A DNA stretch of 64,000 nt from Lingula anatina (GCA_051362555.1 CM120640.1:18290001-18354000), one strand, 5' to 3'; counted from the first letter of the stretch, positions 39,033-52,285 are shown. Numbers and translations are program-made. Notes: a model not told the origin generated them from the sequence alone.

Positions 39033-40756
39033 CTGCAGTGACACCTGGGCACCTTTAAGCTATTGAAAAAATGTCCCAGTCGTGCCTCATCTATCACTTT
39101 TCTAAACCTATGCTGGTGACCGGAGCAAGAAAATTTTACCAAAATCACGAGATTTCCATCAAACACATGTATGTAGACATATCTCCTCAATTTATTATGG
39201 AAGAGGGATTCCTTACACAAGGCGATTTACCAGAAATGAAAAATTAACGAATCAATGTGCCTTTGAGAACAAACACATATTAGAATATTTTTAAATGTTT
39301 TCGATTTTTTACATTATTTTCTACTTTCAACTTCAATACCGTTCACATGTATGTAGTGTAGAATTACTTTTCTAGAATGACAGAAATCAACAGTTGGGGT
39401 AAAGTACATGTTTATTTATACTTCGTGACTCAAATTATCAAGTAACACACTCACACGAACTTTACTAATGTGCGTACACAATAAATAATACTGACTGCGC
39501 AGTAAATAAATTAAGTATGCCTCGTTTTAAATAAACCTCAGTAAAAATCCAACTGTTAGGACTCCAAAATGACACAACTCTAAAATAGTAAAGAAGTGAT
39601 CACGACATTTAATGTAAGAAACCAACAATTAAATTCACTATTCGGATGCCTCTTTATACTTACAAGTATTACATAATAATGTGGCAAATATTTTATTTTA
39701 ACGTTCTACGTTTGCATGAACACGTAAGGTGCTCATTCTAGAAAAATACTCATCAATTGTAATTTTATTAATTGTTATCAAAAAACCATAGCTGTATTCC
39801 GTGTCGTGATTGAAGACATTTCGACGAAACGTTTCGTGTTTAACACCCAGTGTCATACCACCTTAGGTCCGTGCAAATATTTTAGGTTATTATCCGATTG
39901 GGCTATAAAGTAAATTCAAGGCCATTAGTTGCGTTTTTTGTAGTATTTCCTCGATTTTTTTTTTTTTTTTTTTTTTTTTTTGGGGGGGGGGGTGTTAAAA
40001 ACCGCTCTGATTGAAAAAATACGTCTGTATCTCAGTGTATCTAAGAAAAAAATGAGTTTGAACATCAATATTTCAAAATTCTACATTCACTTAAATTTAT
40101 ATCATAGGTCACTCTTGCTTGCTTTTATCCATTCTATGAGGTCTAAAAACAATTGTTGCATCATAAAAACAGAATTATAAAGAGAAAAAGGGGAAAAATG
40201 ACTATATGCTTAAAACCTGGAATGTTGCAAGTCAGTATAAACAAATGAAATGTTGCCAGTGAGAAACAACAAGGACAATCGTGTTTTAATTATTTCTAAT
40301 CTAAGGTTGGGTTTCAACAATAGTCATAGTCCACATTTAAGGGGCGGCACACGTGTCAAGGTTTTATAATCTAATCAACAAGACCTAAAATGGCAAGGCG
40401 CCGAGCTATTAAATAAATATTGGCAATTTAATGAGTAGATCTTGTAAAAATAGAATCGCTGACCTTAAGATTCATCATTAAAATGTCTTCAACAAATGCA
40501 ACTTTTCAAAAACAAGCAAATAAATGAAGTTAATGGCCTAATAAAATAGAAATTTCTCTTTGTAAATTGTTATTGTAGTTAAAATATATATGTATATAGT
40601 AAGGTCATAGTCATTGTGAAAAACGTACTCGTATCAGAAAAAGATAAATGAATAAATAAAGCAATACTTCATAGTTATAATAAAAATTTGGATCCAATTT
40701 CCTAAATGCCTGCTGAGCGGGTTGTTGCTGCATCAGTTCTCTTTCAACTCTGGTTC

Positions 40757-41254
40757 TTACCACCCCTCCTCGTCGTTGAGCACAAAGTCAACGTCTCTGC
40801 CCCTTCTGCCCCCCCGCCATCCGGGTTCATAATCGTACGGTCCTACATCATCCATCACAGCCGGCCTGCGCAATCTACTTGCCACTTGAACGTTATAGGT
40901 GGACCCCTGAGCGACCTCCATGGGCGTTCTCTTTAATGTTACTGTTGTTGTTGTTGTTGGCGTTGGGTTGACTGTTGAGGGGGGCAAAGTTTGTGTTGTG
41001 CGCTTGGCTGTTGCGTCGGGATCTTCCCTGGGGAATTCCTGGGCTCTTGCGTTACCAGTAGTTGATGTGGTTAAGATATAACCGGAGATTCTGAAGGGCG
41101 CCACCTCGTCAATTGCCTTGCTCAGCTGATGTAGTCTTTCGAGCTGTTGGAGTTTCCACCGCAGCTGCTCAATGTATTTCCATTTAAATTCTTGACCACT
41201 GCTGAAGGCGACGCCAAACAGCACGAGAACGACGAGCACGCTGCGCTGCACCAT
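40757..41254 (-). CDS. Orphan secreted protein, possible prohormone-like precursor (165 aa)
   Basis: Signal peptide MVQRSVLVVLVLFGVAFSSG|Q, Thr/Pro-rich middle, and KR, RLRR and GRRGR basic sites. Gene context: TATAAA 41498-41503, non-coding exon ~41387-41475, GT-AG intron 41265-41386. Confidence 0.8.
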   Translation of the reverse strand: MVQRSVLVVLVLFGVAFSSGQEFKWKYIEQLRWKLQQLERLHQLSKAIDEVAPFRISGYILTTSTTGNARAQEFPREDPDATAKRTTQTLPPSTVNPTPTTTTTVTLKRTPMEVAQGSTYNVQVASRLRRPAVMDDVGPYDYEPGWRGGRRGRDVDFVLNDEEGW

Positions 41255-41497
41255 TCTCTTCTTGCTAAAATTGTTAGAAATGATTCAAATTAAATCAAGC
41301 TTGGTTTACCTCAAATCATTTTTTCTAGATATGAACTTGAAATGACAAGCGATCCTAAGCATTCCGAGAACACGAAACATATTTACCTTTAGTGAATTTA
41401 TCCCACCGCGCTGAATTAGAAGGAGTCACTTCTGTTTTTACGGAATATTTTAGCAGCCTGAACGAATGATATTGATACTCAAGTTTAAAGTTTGATA

Positions 41498-41503
41498 TTT
41501 ATA
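41498..41503 (-). promoter_or_regulatory. TATA box of the 165-aa secreted-protein gene
   Basis: TATAAA on the minus strand, about 30 nt upstream of an Inr-like TCAAT (~41475) and the 5'UTR exon. Confidence 0.55.
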
Positions 41504-43888
41504 CAGGTCAAGCTTTACACCCTTTAAAGTAACTTAAGTTGAGTTCGGAGGTATTTTAGGCACCTTAATCGGTTTAAATCTTGTTTGACAACCATAACAA
41601 CCCTTACCTTCACTCGGCTGGTTTCAGCTTAAAGAAGCGATTTGCGCCCGTTTTGCTCTGTTTTCACACGCTTTTCTTCACTAAAGCGTTTCGCTAGTCA
41701 GCTTTCTACAATAATTGTTTTTAAGAATAGTTTAGCTTGGAATTGTATCGTAAAAATAGTCTGCTTAATAGAATTTGCACCTGTGCGTTTGCTATCCGAT
41801 CTAGATAAATATGCACGTTGCAGGATCTCTTATGTTGTATTTAACAGTGTGAACGCGTCATAGATAGAATCCCGTCACGTGGTCCGTACTGACGAATTAT
41901 TGTTTGCTTAAACAGCGTGTTCCGCTTCATTTTTTTCAAGTCAGATGCCTAATACTCCAGCGAAGCATTCATTTCAGGCCAGTGTCTCCTGTGCATTTGA
42001 TAGAAACACGTATATTTAATTTTTTTTCTTTGAGATATGTTAGGTGGCGCGTTTTAAGAAAGGGCTAGCAACGATTGCTGAACCCGAAAATTTGACAGAG
42101 TTCGGTAACCATTTGTCCACAGAAACCTCATAATAGAGGGCGCGTTCTTCTGACTAATTATATAGACAAATAGTTATATCTCAAATTAAACGTTACAAAG
42201 CACGTGTGAATTTAACCAGACGCCTCTGATCAATTAAATAAAAGTTTATCAAAGATAATCCAAATTTTATCTGTTATTCAAGTCAAATATAAACCGAATG
42301 AACACGAATTTCATGAGTGTATGCAACGGCTGTCTGTCGTCACATTTTTGATAAGTCATCGGTGAATCCATTGCATCTAGGCGACCGTGATGTCTGTGTT
42401 TAATTCGGCTAAAGAGATTACTAGACACACCTTGTAAACACAGAGTAATCAGATGTTTTATTTATTTATTTATTTCATTGTTTGCACAGAACTAGTGCAT
42501 AACAGATTGGGATCAGTTTTGATGATAAGAAAATACATTGCTACCTGTGTGACCGGAAAACGCGCGGCATCGGGGCGTTTTCACAAAACAACTTTAGCCC
42601 GATAATAGGTCTAAACTTTTAGATTCGCCCCCCCCCCCCAAAAAAAAAAGTTAAACTTCATTTCGAGATAAATCAATAGTAGTCGACTTAAAAAGTAACA
42701 AACAGCCAGTAACATTAAGCAATATTTGATTTTTTTTACTATTTCTAATATGTTATTCTCGGGTAGACGTAGATCAATATTTCAGTCTGAAAGTTTACAC
42801 CCATTTTCAGGATAAAGAAGTTCTTTTTGAGAAACAGATCCCGGTAAACCAGGGTGATTCCCCATTATGTGACCGCTTCCTTGGTGACACCTAGTACCTT
42901 TACGATTTTGTTAAATCAAATAAAGGATGTCCTACTAATTATATATCAATCGGCCCTACACCCTCTTCATATATTTAGAAGCCACTTGTGACTTCTGTTT
43001 CATTATGCAATGTTTTGGCGTGTTCCCAAATGGTATCCACCGAACCAAGGGCTTCTTGAAGTATTGGCGCATAGATAGTTTGTCACAATGTACATAGTTC
43101 TTATGAAATGTCGTTTAATAAGGAATCTTCGCCAACCTCTCTCTTTCTTATCGCATGCAGATTTCTTTTCCCGATTACAATTATTTGTAGTTTAATTTTT
43201 GTACTATTGTAAGAATGAACAAAATGAAAATTACAAGGAAAAATTAATCGACGTGATTACGTGCTCCTGAGGTCTAAGGAATATAAGAAAACCAATCATC
43301 AGGTAAATTTTATGATGCCCGTAACAACCAAAACCGCTTCGAAAATCGACGCAGGAAGCGGGAGTTTACCGGCTCCCGCGTTGATAACTGAAAATGCAAA
43401 GAGCTGAAGTGTATGTATTTCACAAAGATGTGTTTAGATCGCACAGCCAGATACAGATTACATAGAAACAAATTGCCAAATTTCTGGTGTACAATTATTA
43501 TCTATTGCAACTTTCACGGAATGTGATATTAATTTTACCGCCGCCTTTTGATACTAATTTAACATTGGGTTTGCAAAAGTTGAAAACAAGTTTCGAATCC
43601 TGATTTTTGTCGAGGTTCAAGAGCAAAATAAGTCCAGCTTTCTGGCGTTATATCACGGAAACATTGCAAATACATAGATTGCATTTTCGATTTCAGTCAT
43701 ATTTACAAGGTAAATGATTGCCACATCTATGTCCTTTTTGGACAGTCGCCACTACTGCAATATGCTTAGACTGCCATTTCATAGTGTTCGTTATCTCAAA
43801 GACATTGCTGATTTGTTTGAGACAATAAAGCTAAATCGTTCGATAGGTGTCCACTGCAGTGATCTACACATTGTGCGTGCGTGCGCGC

Positions 43889-43942
<54 letters not shown>

Positions 43943-44600
43943 ACCGTAAAACCCGTATGAATCTGTATCAGCTTTCCCTGTAGAATAAGACATTACTTGA
44001 TCTCTTGTTGTTGGTTTGTGAACCCCCGTACCTTCACTATAATAGTAACCTGACAGCCAAAAGGTTGCTGCACGGTCTATGAAACTCTTTACAGTGTACT
44101 TCGAAAACTCATCACTTGCTACGCGACATATAAACTGCAAAGCAGGTTTTACCGAAGGGACTCCCGTGTCATCATGAGCACTATTCATGCAAATGGTGCA
44201 GTATTTATTTCACCCCCACAGATTCGGGGTTTTTTTTTGTGTAGTTCATTTAGTTTGTCGTGCCACCCCCAGTCTTGTGAATCTTTAAAAGTTATTCGGT
44301 GACAAACAATGGCCGGTATGAGGAAAATACAGCCGACGACATGGCCAAATGCAGATTCAAAAAGACAATGTTACCCAAGAGTGCAACCCATTGGCAACAT
44401 TTGTCTGCATTTAGCCATATTGCCCTCTCAACGTTCTGGGACCATGTCTTTGGTACCGGTAAATGTAAATAACGCTGGATTTAGCCATATTACCGTCTCA
44501 CCTGTCATGATATTCACACATTTAACAATATTTATGAAGATGAGAACCATACCTTTTGTAATCTTGTCGACGGTTACGTATAAATCTCATCTCATCATAA

Positions 44601-44882
44601 CTGAAGCTGTCTACCGATTTGACTGTCAATCTCTACTTCTTTTGTCTCATGGAGTGAGTACTTAACCCTCTATTGTTAATCCTGTGGTAGGTGTGGAGCG
44701 TCTTGAACACTCAAGTACCACGCCGTTAGACTCAGTTTTCTGAAGCTGTCTACCGATTTGACTGTCAATCTCTACTTCTTTTGTCTCATGGAGTGAGTGC
44801 TTAACCCTCTATTGTTACTCCTGTGGTAGGTGTGGAGCGTCTTGAACACTCAAGTACCACGCCGTTAGACTCAGTTTTCTGA
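44601..44882. repeat. 139-bp near-perfect tandem duplication
   Basis: CTGAAGCTGTCTACCGATTTG...TTAGACTCAGTTTT at 44601 and 44740, with two substitutions and CTGA microhomology at the junctions. Confidence 0.95.
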
Positions 44883-46317
44883 GAGCTATTAAATGAAAAC
44901 TGGAATTTCAAAATTAAGATATATTGTTCTTTTCTCTTTATGGAAGTTGGTGATGATGTAAACACCGAAGAAGTATAGTTTTCTGGAAGAAAAACAAAAA
45001 CGTTCGAAACAGTTTTGCATTCTTTTCATAAAATTTTTAGTTTGCCTTCATCGATTTTATGTCCAATTGCTCAATTACCACCATATCTTACGGTTAAAAT
45101 CAAGAAGTGTCAACATCAATCTATAAAAATGACATTGGACCGTGACAGTGGGATTAATAATAACTCAATATACATGTAGGCCTCGAGTATATGTGTGAAA
45201 GTTTAGGGGCAACCTCGCCTAAATTAATTGTTACCCAAAACCAGGGCTGCAGTTATTATTGGGGACATTTTTGGTGAATCTGAAAGCCAAAATGACTGTC
45301 TATATATCTATAGACATATCTGTGAATATCTGTGGAAAATCAATCCGTCGCCCTGGTAGAAGGTAATTCATTTTGTGTTTCTATCCATATACAGAGTAGA
45401 TTCCGGCATTTTCCTATTTTGATAGAATTTCTCTTTTGCTAAGAATTGGCTAACCCAGTTTGGCATATGGATTTTGTAAAATATGGTCTGTAAATGAACG
45501 TAAAATCCCCGTGTGAAGCCAACCCCCTTTTCTTAGCGCGCGTTGATTCCCTGCCTTTTGTTTTTTCTATATCTTTATCTTGTTCTCAAAATCTTGTTCG
45601 TACTACCCCAGTCTCTCATGCAGCCCATCACAACTGCCACAATCTATTTCATCTACTATCCCATATTCGTTTTTGTTTTCTATTTTGGCCTTTGGATGTA
45701 AAAGCAGGCTTCTGAATCTGAGCATCACTCTAAGTATGATACTTATTCATGTCATTCTTTACCTTTCTGATATTCATCTGATATAGGAATTGCGAACTGG
45801 CCTTTTTTTACTCGGTGCTCTTATTTTCCTTTAGGTATTTATTACCTTCGACTTTTTAATCTCTATATGATGTATTCCTTTCGTAGCTGCACATTGGTGT
45901 TTTCATGGTCTCTCTGGTTTTCTGAGTCTGTCACTGGAGTCAGTTTGCGCATTACAAGGAGGGGAAATTTAAAGACTAGGCACCAATGTGTATGGGTCGG
46001 TTACCTACATGTTATTGTTTTTAGGAAACCTGTCTGGCTTGACAATTATATGTCACTGTCGTGAAATACAATGTGACTGTAACTCATTCTTCGTTGGCAA
46101 ACTAGTTAAGATGTAGGCGAAACCGTCAACATGATATCGAAAGTTATGGAGCTAATTTTTATGAATATTATTCAATTTAGTTATTTACAAATTAAATGAA
46201 ACTGTTTTATCTTAGATTTTTGCCGATGATAATTAACGCAAACAGTACCTTCATTTTCAATAATAGCTACATTTTACGTGTTGATACACAAGTCACTTGT
46301 TTTCCATGAGGAATTGC

Positions 46318-46353
<36 letters not shown>

Positions 46354-46611
46354 ATACTAACAAAAATAAATCAGATGTTGTTCGTTCTCTTTACTTACTT
46401 TGGTGCATCAAAGCTATCAGCCCCATGAAAATCCAGCTATGCATGTTTTTATGCCTGCCTTTATGCATGTAAGGTCACTATTTAAAAGGGGAAAAAACGT
46501 TCAAATCGCGTACAGAATAACCATAACGTGCTAGAGCAGATTTGTTTATTAGTCAAATTGATAATGTATGTAACACAAAATTCCCTTTATTACAACTAAA
46601 GAGCTTCTCTA

Positions 46612-47060
46612 CACTGATGCTCAAAAGTTAAGCAACACCTGGCAGGACAATTGATTTGGGGGATACCATGCTGTTGCATCGCGTCTTGCAAAACGCCTGT
46701 TTTGTAGGCAGGCACAGTAGTGTCCTGCACCAAGATAATGTTTCGTCCGGGATTTGCATTATTAATGTATGGTTCTGTACAACTAATCAAGATTTGGACT
46801 GGAACACGACGAAATCCAGGCCAGGTTGTTTTGCCGACATGAAGCGAATCTTTATGGCTAAGTTTGAGCAGAAGTCTAATGTCCCTTACATTTGTCAATC
46901 TGGGTCGATCAGAAAGAGGTCTTTCCCATGGTTCGTTTGGCGTCATTTTGCTAAAAAAGGTACCCATGGAGTTAAGTTTCACATCACATCTCGTCATTGG
47001 TACATTAGGCCTACAACAATGCATGTTAACAACAGCGGTGGTTCCGATGGATGGGCTAAC

Positions 47061-47099
<39 letters not shown>

Positions 47100-47318
47100 T
47101 CAGAAGCATCCAAACGTGTGTTTCACTTGGCACGCCCTAACTGTTTTTTTCGTTAGCGGTTAGCGGTACCTCCATCCATATTTTACTAAGTTGGACAGTG
47201 CATAATTATCGCATGCTTCAGCCTAAGGACGTGAACTGCTACTGTACGGAGACCACTCTGATCAAAGACGTGGAAACTGAGAAATGAAAAATAGTTACTT
47301 AACTTCTGAGCATCAGGG
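46612..47318 (-). mobile_element. Internally deleted Tc1-family transposon
   Basis: TIRs CACTGATGCTCAAAAGTTAAGCAAC and GTTACTTAACTTCTGAGCATCAGGG (3 mismatches in 25), with TA TSDs at 46610-46611 and 47319-47320. Confidence 0.9.
46640..47024 (-). pseudogene. Tc1 transposase remnant (HTH linker fused to the DDE C-terminal segment)
   Basis: ERPLSDRPRLTNVRDIRLLLKLS resembles the Tc1 DRPRSGRPRxT..DR motif. PYINNANPGRNIILVQDTTVPAYKTGVLQDAMQQHGIPQINCPARC resembles FQQDNAPxH...WPARSPDL. The catalytic motifs are degenerate. Confidence 0.8.
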
Positions 47319-50283
47319 TATGTAGAGAAACAAAGATTAGGGCACGTTTAACGAGTTTGTTTTCACGTCATGGAAAATGTATTCACCATCGTATGGTAGA
47401 TCCTTGAACAGACTGACACCACCACCACCGAAGTACAAGTGACTTGAGGATTTTAAAAGATTTCACCAGTTTGAAATGGATTAAAGTTTTCAGCAATACA
47501 GTCATATCATCGTGCTTTTTTTTAGATCCATGTCACCTTTCCATGGCATGCTCTCTCTAGAACCTAATGGTACCAGCGAAAAATACGCCAATGTGACAAA
47601 ATATGCAAATATGTACATTTTTTTAAATTTTGCCATTATAAATCTTTTTCAAACCACAACAGAAAAATGGGGGGAGGGGTACAAGGAGTAATGAAAGTAG
47701 AAAAGGCGGAAGATACTTTTCCTAAAAATGTTCATTCCAAGCATTTGCTTGTGCATGAATAAAATAATTCACAATCAAGCACGAGTCGAAACAAAGGGCG
47801 AACCATACGTTTATCAGTTAATTTATTGTAGTTATTTATTTTGATAATTTGATTGCGTGATCCGTTCGTTATTTAGTACTATTTCAGAAAGAATTATCTT
47901 ATGTCAGGACAATAGACAATACTATATAAATTAATTCGGGTAATACTTACACTTTAAAACTGTACTGGATGAAAGGGCTGACGAGTCATTCATCCGCATC
48001 CTATCAGCTACAAAATCTCGTCTAGCCGAGGAAAACCAATTAATCATCGGCCACGCAGATGTCGTAACTTTTTAAACTCTTTTCTTCCTTCTTTGAGGTA
48101 GATGTAAATAACACTGGAGCCAAAAAAAATCATAAAAGAAGGGGGTTTAAATATTTTAACACCAAATGCCAAATGCTTGCAATGAAAATAAATCATTCGA
48201 ACTATAAACAGTTGAAATAACTGTTCAACGGACAGAAAATCAGAACAGATTGATTGAAAAAGCGTTATCTCTGCATAACTAGGTAGGAAGAATTTGCTTC
48301 TTTCGTTTAGAGGTTAGACCTTTCCAGCTTTCACAGCCTCTGAAAACGAAAAAACATTCTCAACACCTAGTCCTGTACAGCACAACCCGCTGTGCTAGAA
48401 AAACGACTTGGCGTTGATCAAGTAAAGAAAGAAATTACGAAATTCTGAATTCTAGAAAGGTCATCATGAATCTGAGAATAGAACACCCATAACCCATCTA
48501 TTCTGAATATGAACATGAACGAATAGCAACAAAACCTAAGAGTCATTAAAAAACTGACTTGTAGCTCGTTCAAGTCCACATCCAGACAGAATAGATATAT
48601 GGTTTGAAGAAAGTGTCCCTTGGCGCTTGGCACTCCTGGCACTGCCCAGCTTGCCACAGGATCCGTTACAAACACTGTAGAAAACTCCTACTTAAATATT
48701 TTTATTCCTATTGATAATTCTCTAATATTTATTTTTTCGGTATGCAATAATATGCCACGCTACATGCATTGACATCATAGACTTTTAATTTCAAGAATTC
48801 ATACTACGCCAAAATTTGCTACATAATTTTTACCTAGTTCAGTATAGTGCTTAGTCATAATTATAGACAATAATTTTATTATATCACAAGGAATGTAATG
48901 GTTATTCATATCAACAAATGGAAGGCAAATGGAATGGTTGGGAGATTAAAGGTAGCGTCTGCTTTTAAAACGTTTTTTTAAATTTATTTTTGTGGCGCAT
49001 TTTTTTGTCTACTTACACATTTTTTATAAAGACAGTATTTGAATCTGCAACTCAGCGCATTAAGAGTCAGTGTATCTGAGACAAACTACAAGTTTGAGCG
49101 AGCCATGTGTCTAAATTATTATATTGTTACTGCTTGAATTTTGGAAGGTGGCCTGGCATAAGCCTCTGAAATAAACATTAAAGGGATTGTACTGGCATTT
49201 GATGGAGATATACAGAGACGTTTCACGCGTTAACTGGATGGATTCAAATCATTCTTGCTCTTTGGTGCGTGTGTCTGTGATGTGAAGGAATTCAAATGTG
49301 TTTGTGTTGACAATGACTTTTCAGTTGAGATACATAATTGTTAAATTTTACATTGGAAAATTTTGATATATTATAATAAAAAACATCATCATAAGTATTT
49401 TGAGAAAAAAATTATGCTATTATTGAAAATCCTAAATGGTTGATATTAGGTACATAAGCCGTATTCGATTCTATTGGGCTTCATTTTGTCTGCCAAAACC
49501 ATCCAGTCAAATGTAAAAAAGTTGATGCCACTGAGATTGACGATGAATTTTTTAAGGAAGTGTGTCTTTTGTAAAATTTAAAAGATAAATGTAAACTTCA
49601 AATAACAAAATGAGTAAGTGTTTTTCTCATGGCCATCCCATTTAGAATGCATCAATTTAAGTCAGTCGTGTCCTTGAAACCTTGGGTCATGTTTATTGTC
49701 CACATTTACCCTTTAACCTTAACGGCATTTACACCTCTGCACTGGATGCGTTCGCAACAATGGTTATTTTACACATACGCACACACAAAGACACACCTAT
49801 CGATGCACGTGTGATAAATGTTCACTTTAAAATTCAAGTTTCAGTTTTTTTTCGTATTTCCCGTCGGGACGCTTCAAATAATAAGTGCGCTTGTTCCTTC
49901 ACGTGGCTGGAATTTTCTGCTTACAGCTATGGTCATGGTTTGCCTATTCGTGCCAATGATCCATAAATCTTGTTTTCTGACGAATCAGACGGATCACGCA
50001 AATGATAAGTGTTTTTAATCCTTTACATGGCTACACCTCCTTACATCTGGCTCGTGTAATGGTCGTTTCTTCTTTCTTCCTTTCTTTCTTTCTTTATACT
50101 CATTGTCTCGATTAATGAACTTCTTTCTCTACTACCTTCTTGCGGTGCATGGTATTTGGGGTATTCTTTTAATCCTCTACTTCTTAAAAAAAAATCATGA
50201 ATTCCTAAAGTCGATTGACCTCCTGAGGTAAACAATCTGAAAGGCACATGAAAGTTAGAACAAATTTCTAATTTTCCTTAAAC

Positions 50284-50486
50284 CACTAACACTTTCCCTT
50301 AATCGCCAAGGAATACCATATCAAAAAAATGTGAAAAATTTTAAAATATGTACCCGTTTTTAACTTTTAATACTCTTTCAATGAATATGGAGGCTGGAGC
50401 TAATTTGTTGTCTTTGTACGTAAATAAAAAAGAAAAAAAGAAAAATACTAGGTCTACCTTCGAGATTAAGGGGAAAATATTAAGTG
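50284..50486. mobile_element. Old MITE-like inverted repeat
   Basis: CACTAACACTTTCCCTTAATCGCCAAGG versus the reverse complement of CCTTCGAGATTAAGGGGAAAATATTAAGTG, with several mismatches and gaps. No clear TSD. Confidence 0.4.
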
Positions 50487-51693
50487 ATGTGGAAGTGGAT
50501 TAAAAAAATTAAAATACGCGCCGAATATAAGATTTTAAAAACTCAAAATTAAAAAAAAACATTATAAATGGATGAAATTTCAGAGTACAATGCGTATTGC
50601 TACTGGGTAATTGCTGTTTTGACTCCTGTAAATTCATTTGGTGCTTATTAACAAATCAGTCCAAATACGAGTGATGGAATGAAGTATTTCGAAGTGTCAA
50701 CTGCAAGCTCAGAAAGAAAAAAAAGATGATCAAAATGCAAGCGATCTTTGTCTCTTTCTTTATAAGTCTAAACGTCTTCTATCAATAAACCTTTTCAATG
50801 TATTTCCTGATATGTGTGACATATGATAATTGTATTCACCTTTAGTGACACCCTAGCACCATGCACTATTTAGGCCAGACAGGTCCCTATGTTCTCACCA
50901 CAGAGAGTACAAACAGGGTATTGTAAACCCTTTAGAAATTCTTCAGGAATTTCAACACACTTTGTCCAAAATGGTATGTGGCCTAAGTTGTATGATTGAA
51001 ATTATCGTCATCAACTTGGATAGAGGCAATCATGCGAAATCTTTGCTCCGATTCTGAAAACGGAATTATTTTCTGGTTCATGTGATCATGGTGCTTCTTT
51101 TATCCCGCGAACTTTTTGTTAATCCCAACACATGTTATATAAAACTTTCTTGGCCATGTGGGCAGCAATCTCGTACTTAGTTGGTGAAAACATTATTTGT
51201 CTTCCCAAAAAAAGAAAAAAAATTTTTCCCAAAAGAGAAGAGAGTGAAAAAAAAGTATCAACTCCCTTGAGAAATACGACGTAAACATGCGGGAGGTTAC
51301 GCCAGGTCAATTCAAGGTGTGAACTATCTTTGCTAGCCCTCGCTCGAGTGGTTTATTTCATTTTTTGGTCTTTATTGCTATTGAGTATGTACCTACCGAC
51401 ACAGTGCTACAATATGGTAGAAAACCATGCAGTTGTCTGCAAGAATTGTTGAACTGCAGTAGTGACCGTGCATGATAATTCCTCACCACGTCTTTGTTAA
51501 GTTTAGAAGATAGAAGAGACAACAACAAACCTTTTTAGCCTGCTAAAACGAACTTGTTGTTTTTCAAAACGACTCTCATAAACATTCTACCTTGGTACAG
51601 TACTGCAAATGCATCTACGAAATGTAGAAAAATTATACCAAAACTCTTTCTACCGAAATCAAAACTCTTCACGTGAACACTGGGGCAAATCTA

Positions 51694-51992
51694 TTATTAC
51701 CTCCCTCAAGGAAATTATGTTTTCACCCCTGTTTGTTTGTTTGTTTGTCTGTCTGTCATAAACATAGGCCTAACTCAAAAAGTTATGGACCGATTTTGAT
51801 GAAATTTTCAGAAAATGTCAGAGGTGGGCCAAGGAACAGATGATTACTTTTTTGGTGGTGATCCGGATCAATAATCAATAATCAAAAATAAAAAACTAAT
51901 CATTATAGAATGAAAATTTAGGGGTGAAACGGCATTGGATGGGGACTTCGCTGCCTTGGCGGAGGTCTGCGCTCTCTGAGTGCTTTTCTAGT
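51694..51992 (+). mobile_element. Short non-autonomous Helentron/Helitron2 element (HINE)
   Basis: TTATTACCTCCCTCAAGG start, (TGTT)n/(TGTC)n microsatellite, one core unit, 3' subTIR CCTTGGCGGAGGT (11/13 inverted match to the 5' subTIR), stem-loop GCGCTCTCTGAGTGC and a CTAGT end. Confidence 0.85.
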
Positions 51993-52277
51993 AATGTTTT
52001 TAATTAAATAAAGCTTTTTCTATAAAAAACGAACACTTAAAACGGCACTCATTATGTTTTACGCATTTAAGCAAATGTATATATGAAATGTTTTCTTTGA
52101 TGCAATAACTTCAAAAGAAAATTATGACAAATTCATAACTGGGCAACAATAGAGCACCTAGCACTAACAATTTGGAAACATATGGGCCATCGTAATGACA
52201 GATTAACTGTTACTCCACGCGTTAAGGGAATGACATTGTCTAAGTCATGAGTTGTGGGGCTCAACATGCAAGCCGGG

Positions 52278-52285
52278 TATATTAA
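52278..52285 (+). promoter_or_regulatory. TATA-like box of the six-exon secreted-protein gene
   Basis: TATATTAA about 30 nt upstream of an Inr-like TTCACT (~52310) and about 90 nt upstream of the ATG at 52370. Confidence 0.5.

Noticed and set aside
40790-40830. EPGWRGGRR as an APGWamide precursor
   Set aside because: APGWamide precursors have many APGWGKR repeats; this is a single, different motif.
43796-44665. ORFs of 130 aa (minus) and 118 aa (plus)
   Set aside because: No recognisable domain, signal peptide or splice structure, and the first runs through microsatellites.
47731-48186. 17-bp inverted repeat TTCATT(C/G)CAAGCATTTG
   Set aside because: It does not extend and has no TSD, so it is insufficient to call a MITE.
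42061-51340. Inverted match AGGGCTAGCAA(C/A)GAT about 9.3 kb apart as TIRs of a large element
   Set aside because: Only about 15 bp, no target-site duplication in the flanks, and no transposase between them apart from the unrelated Tc1 remnant.
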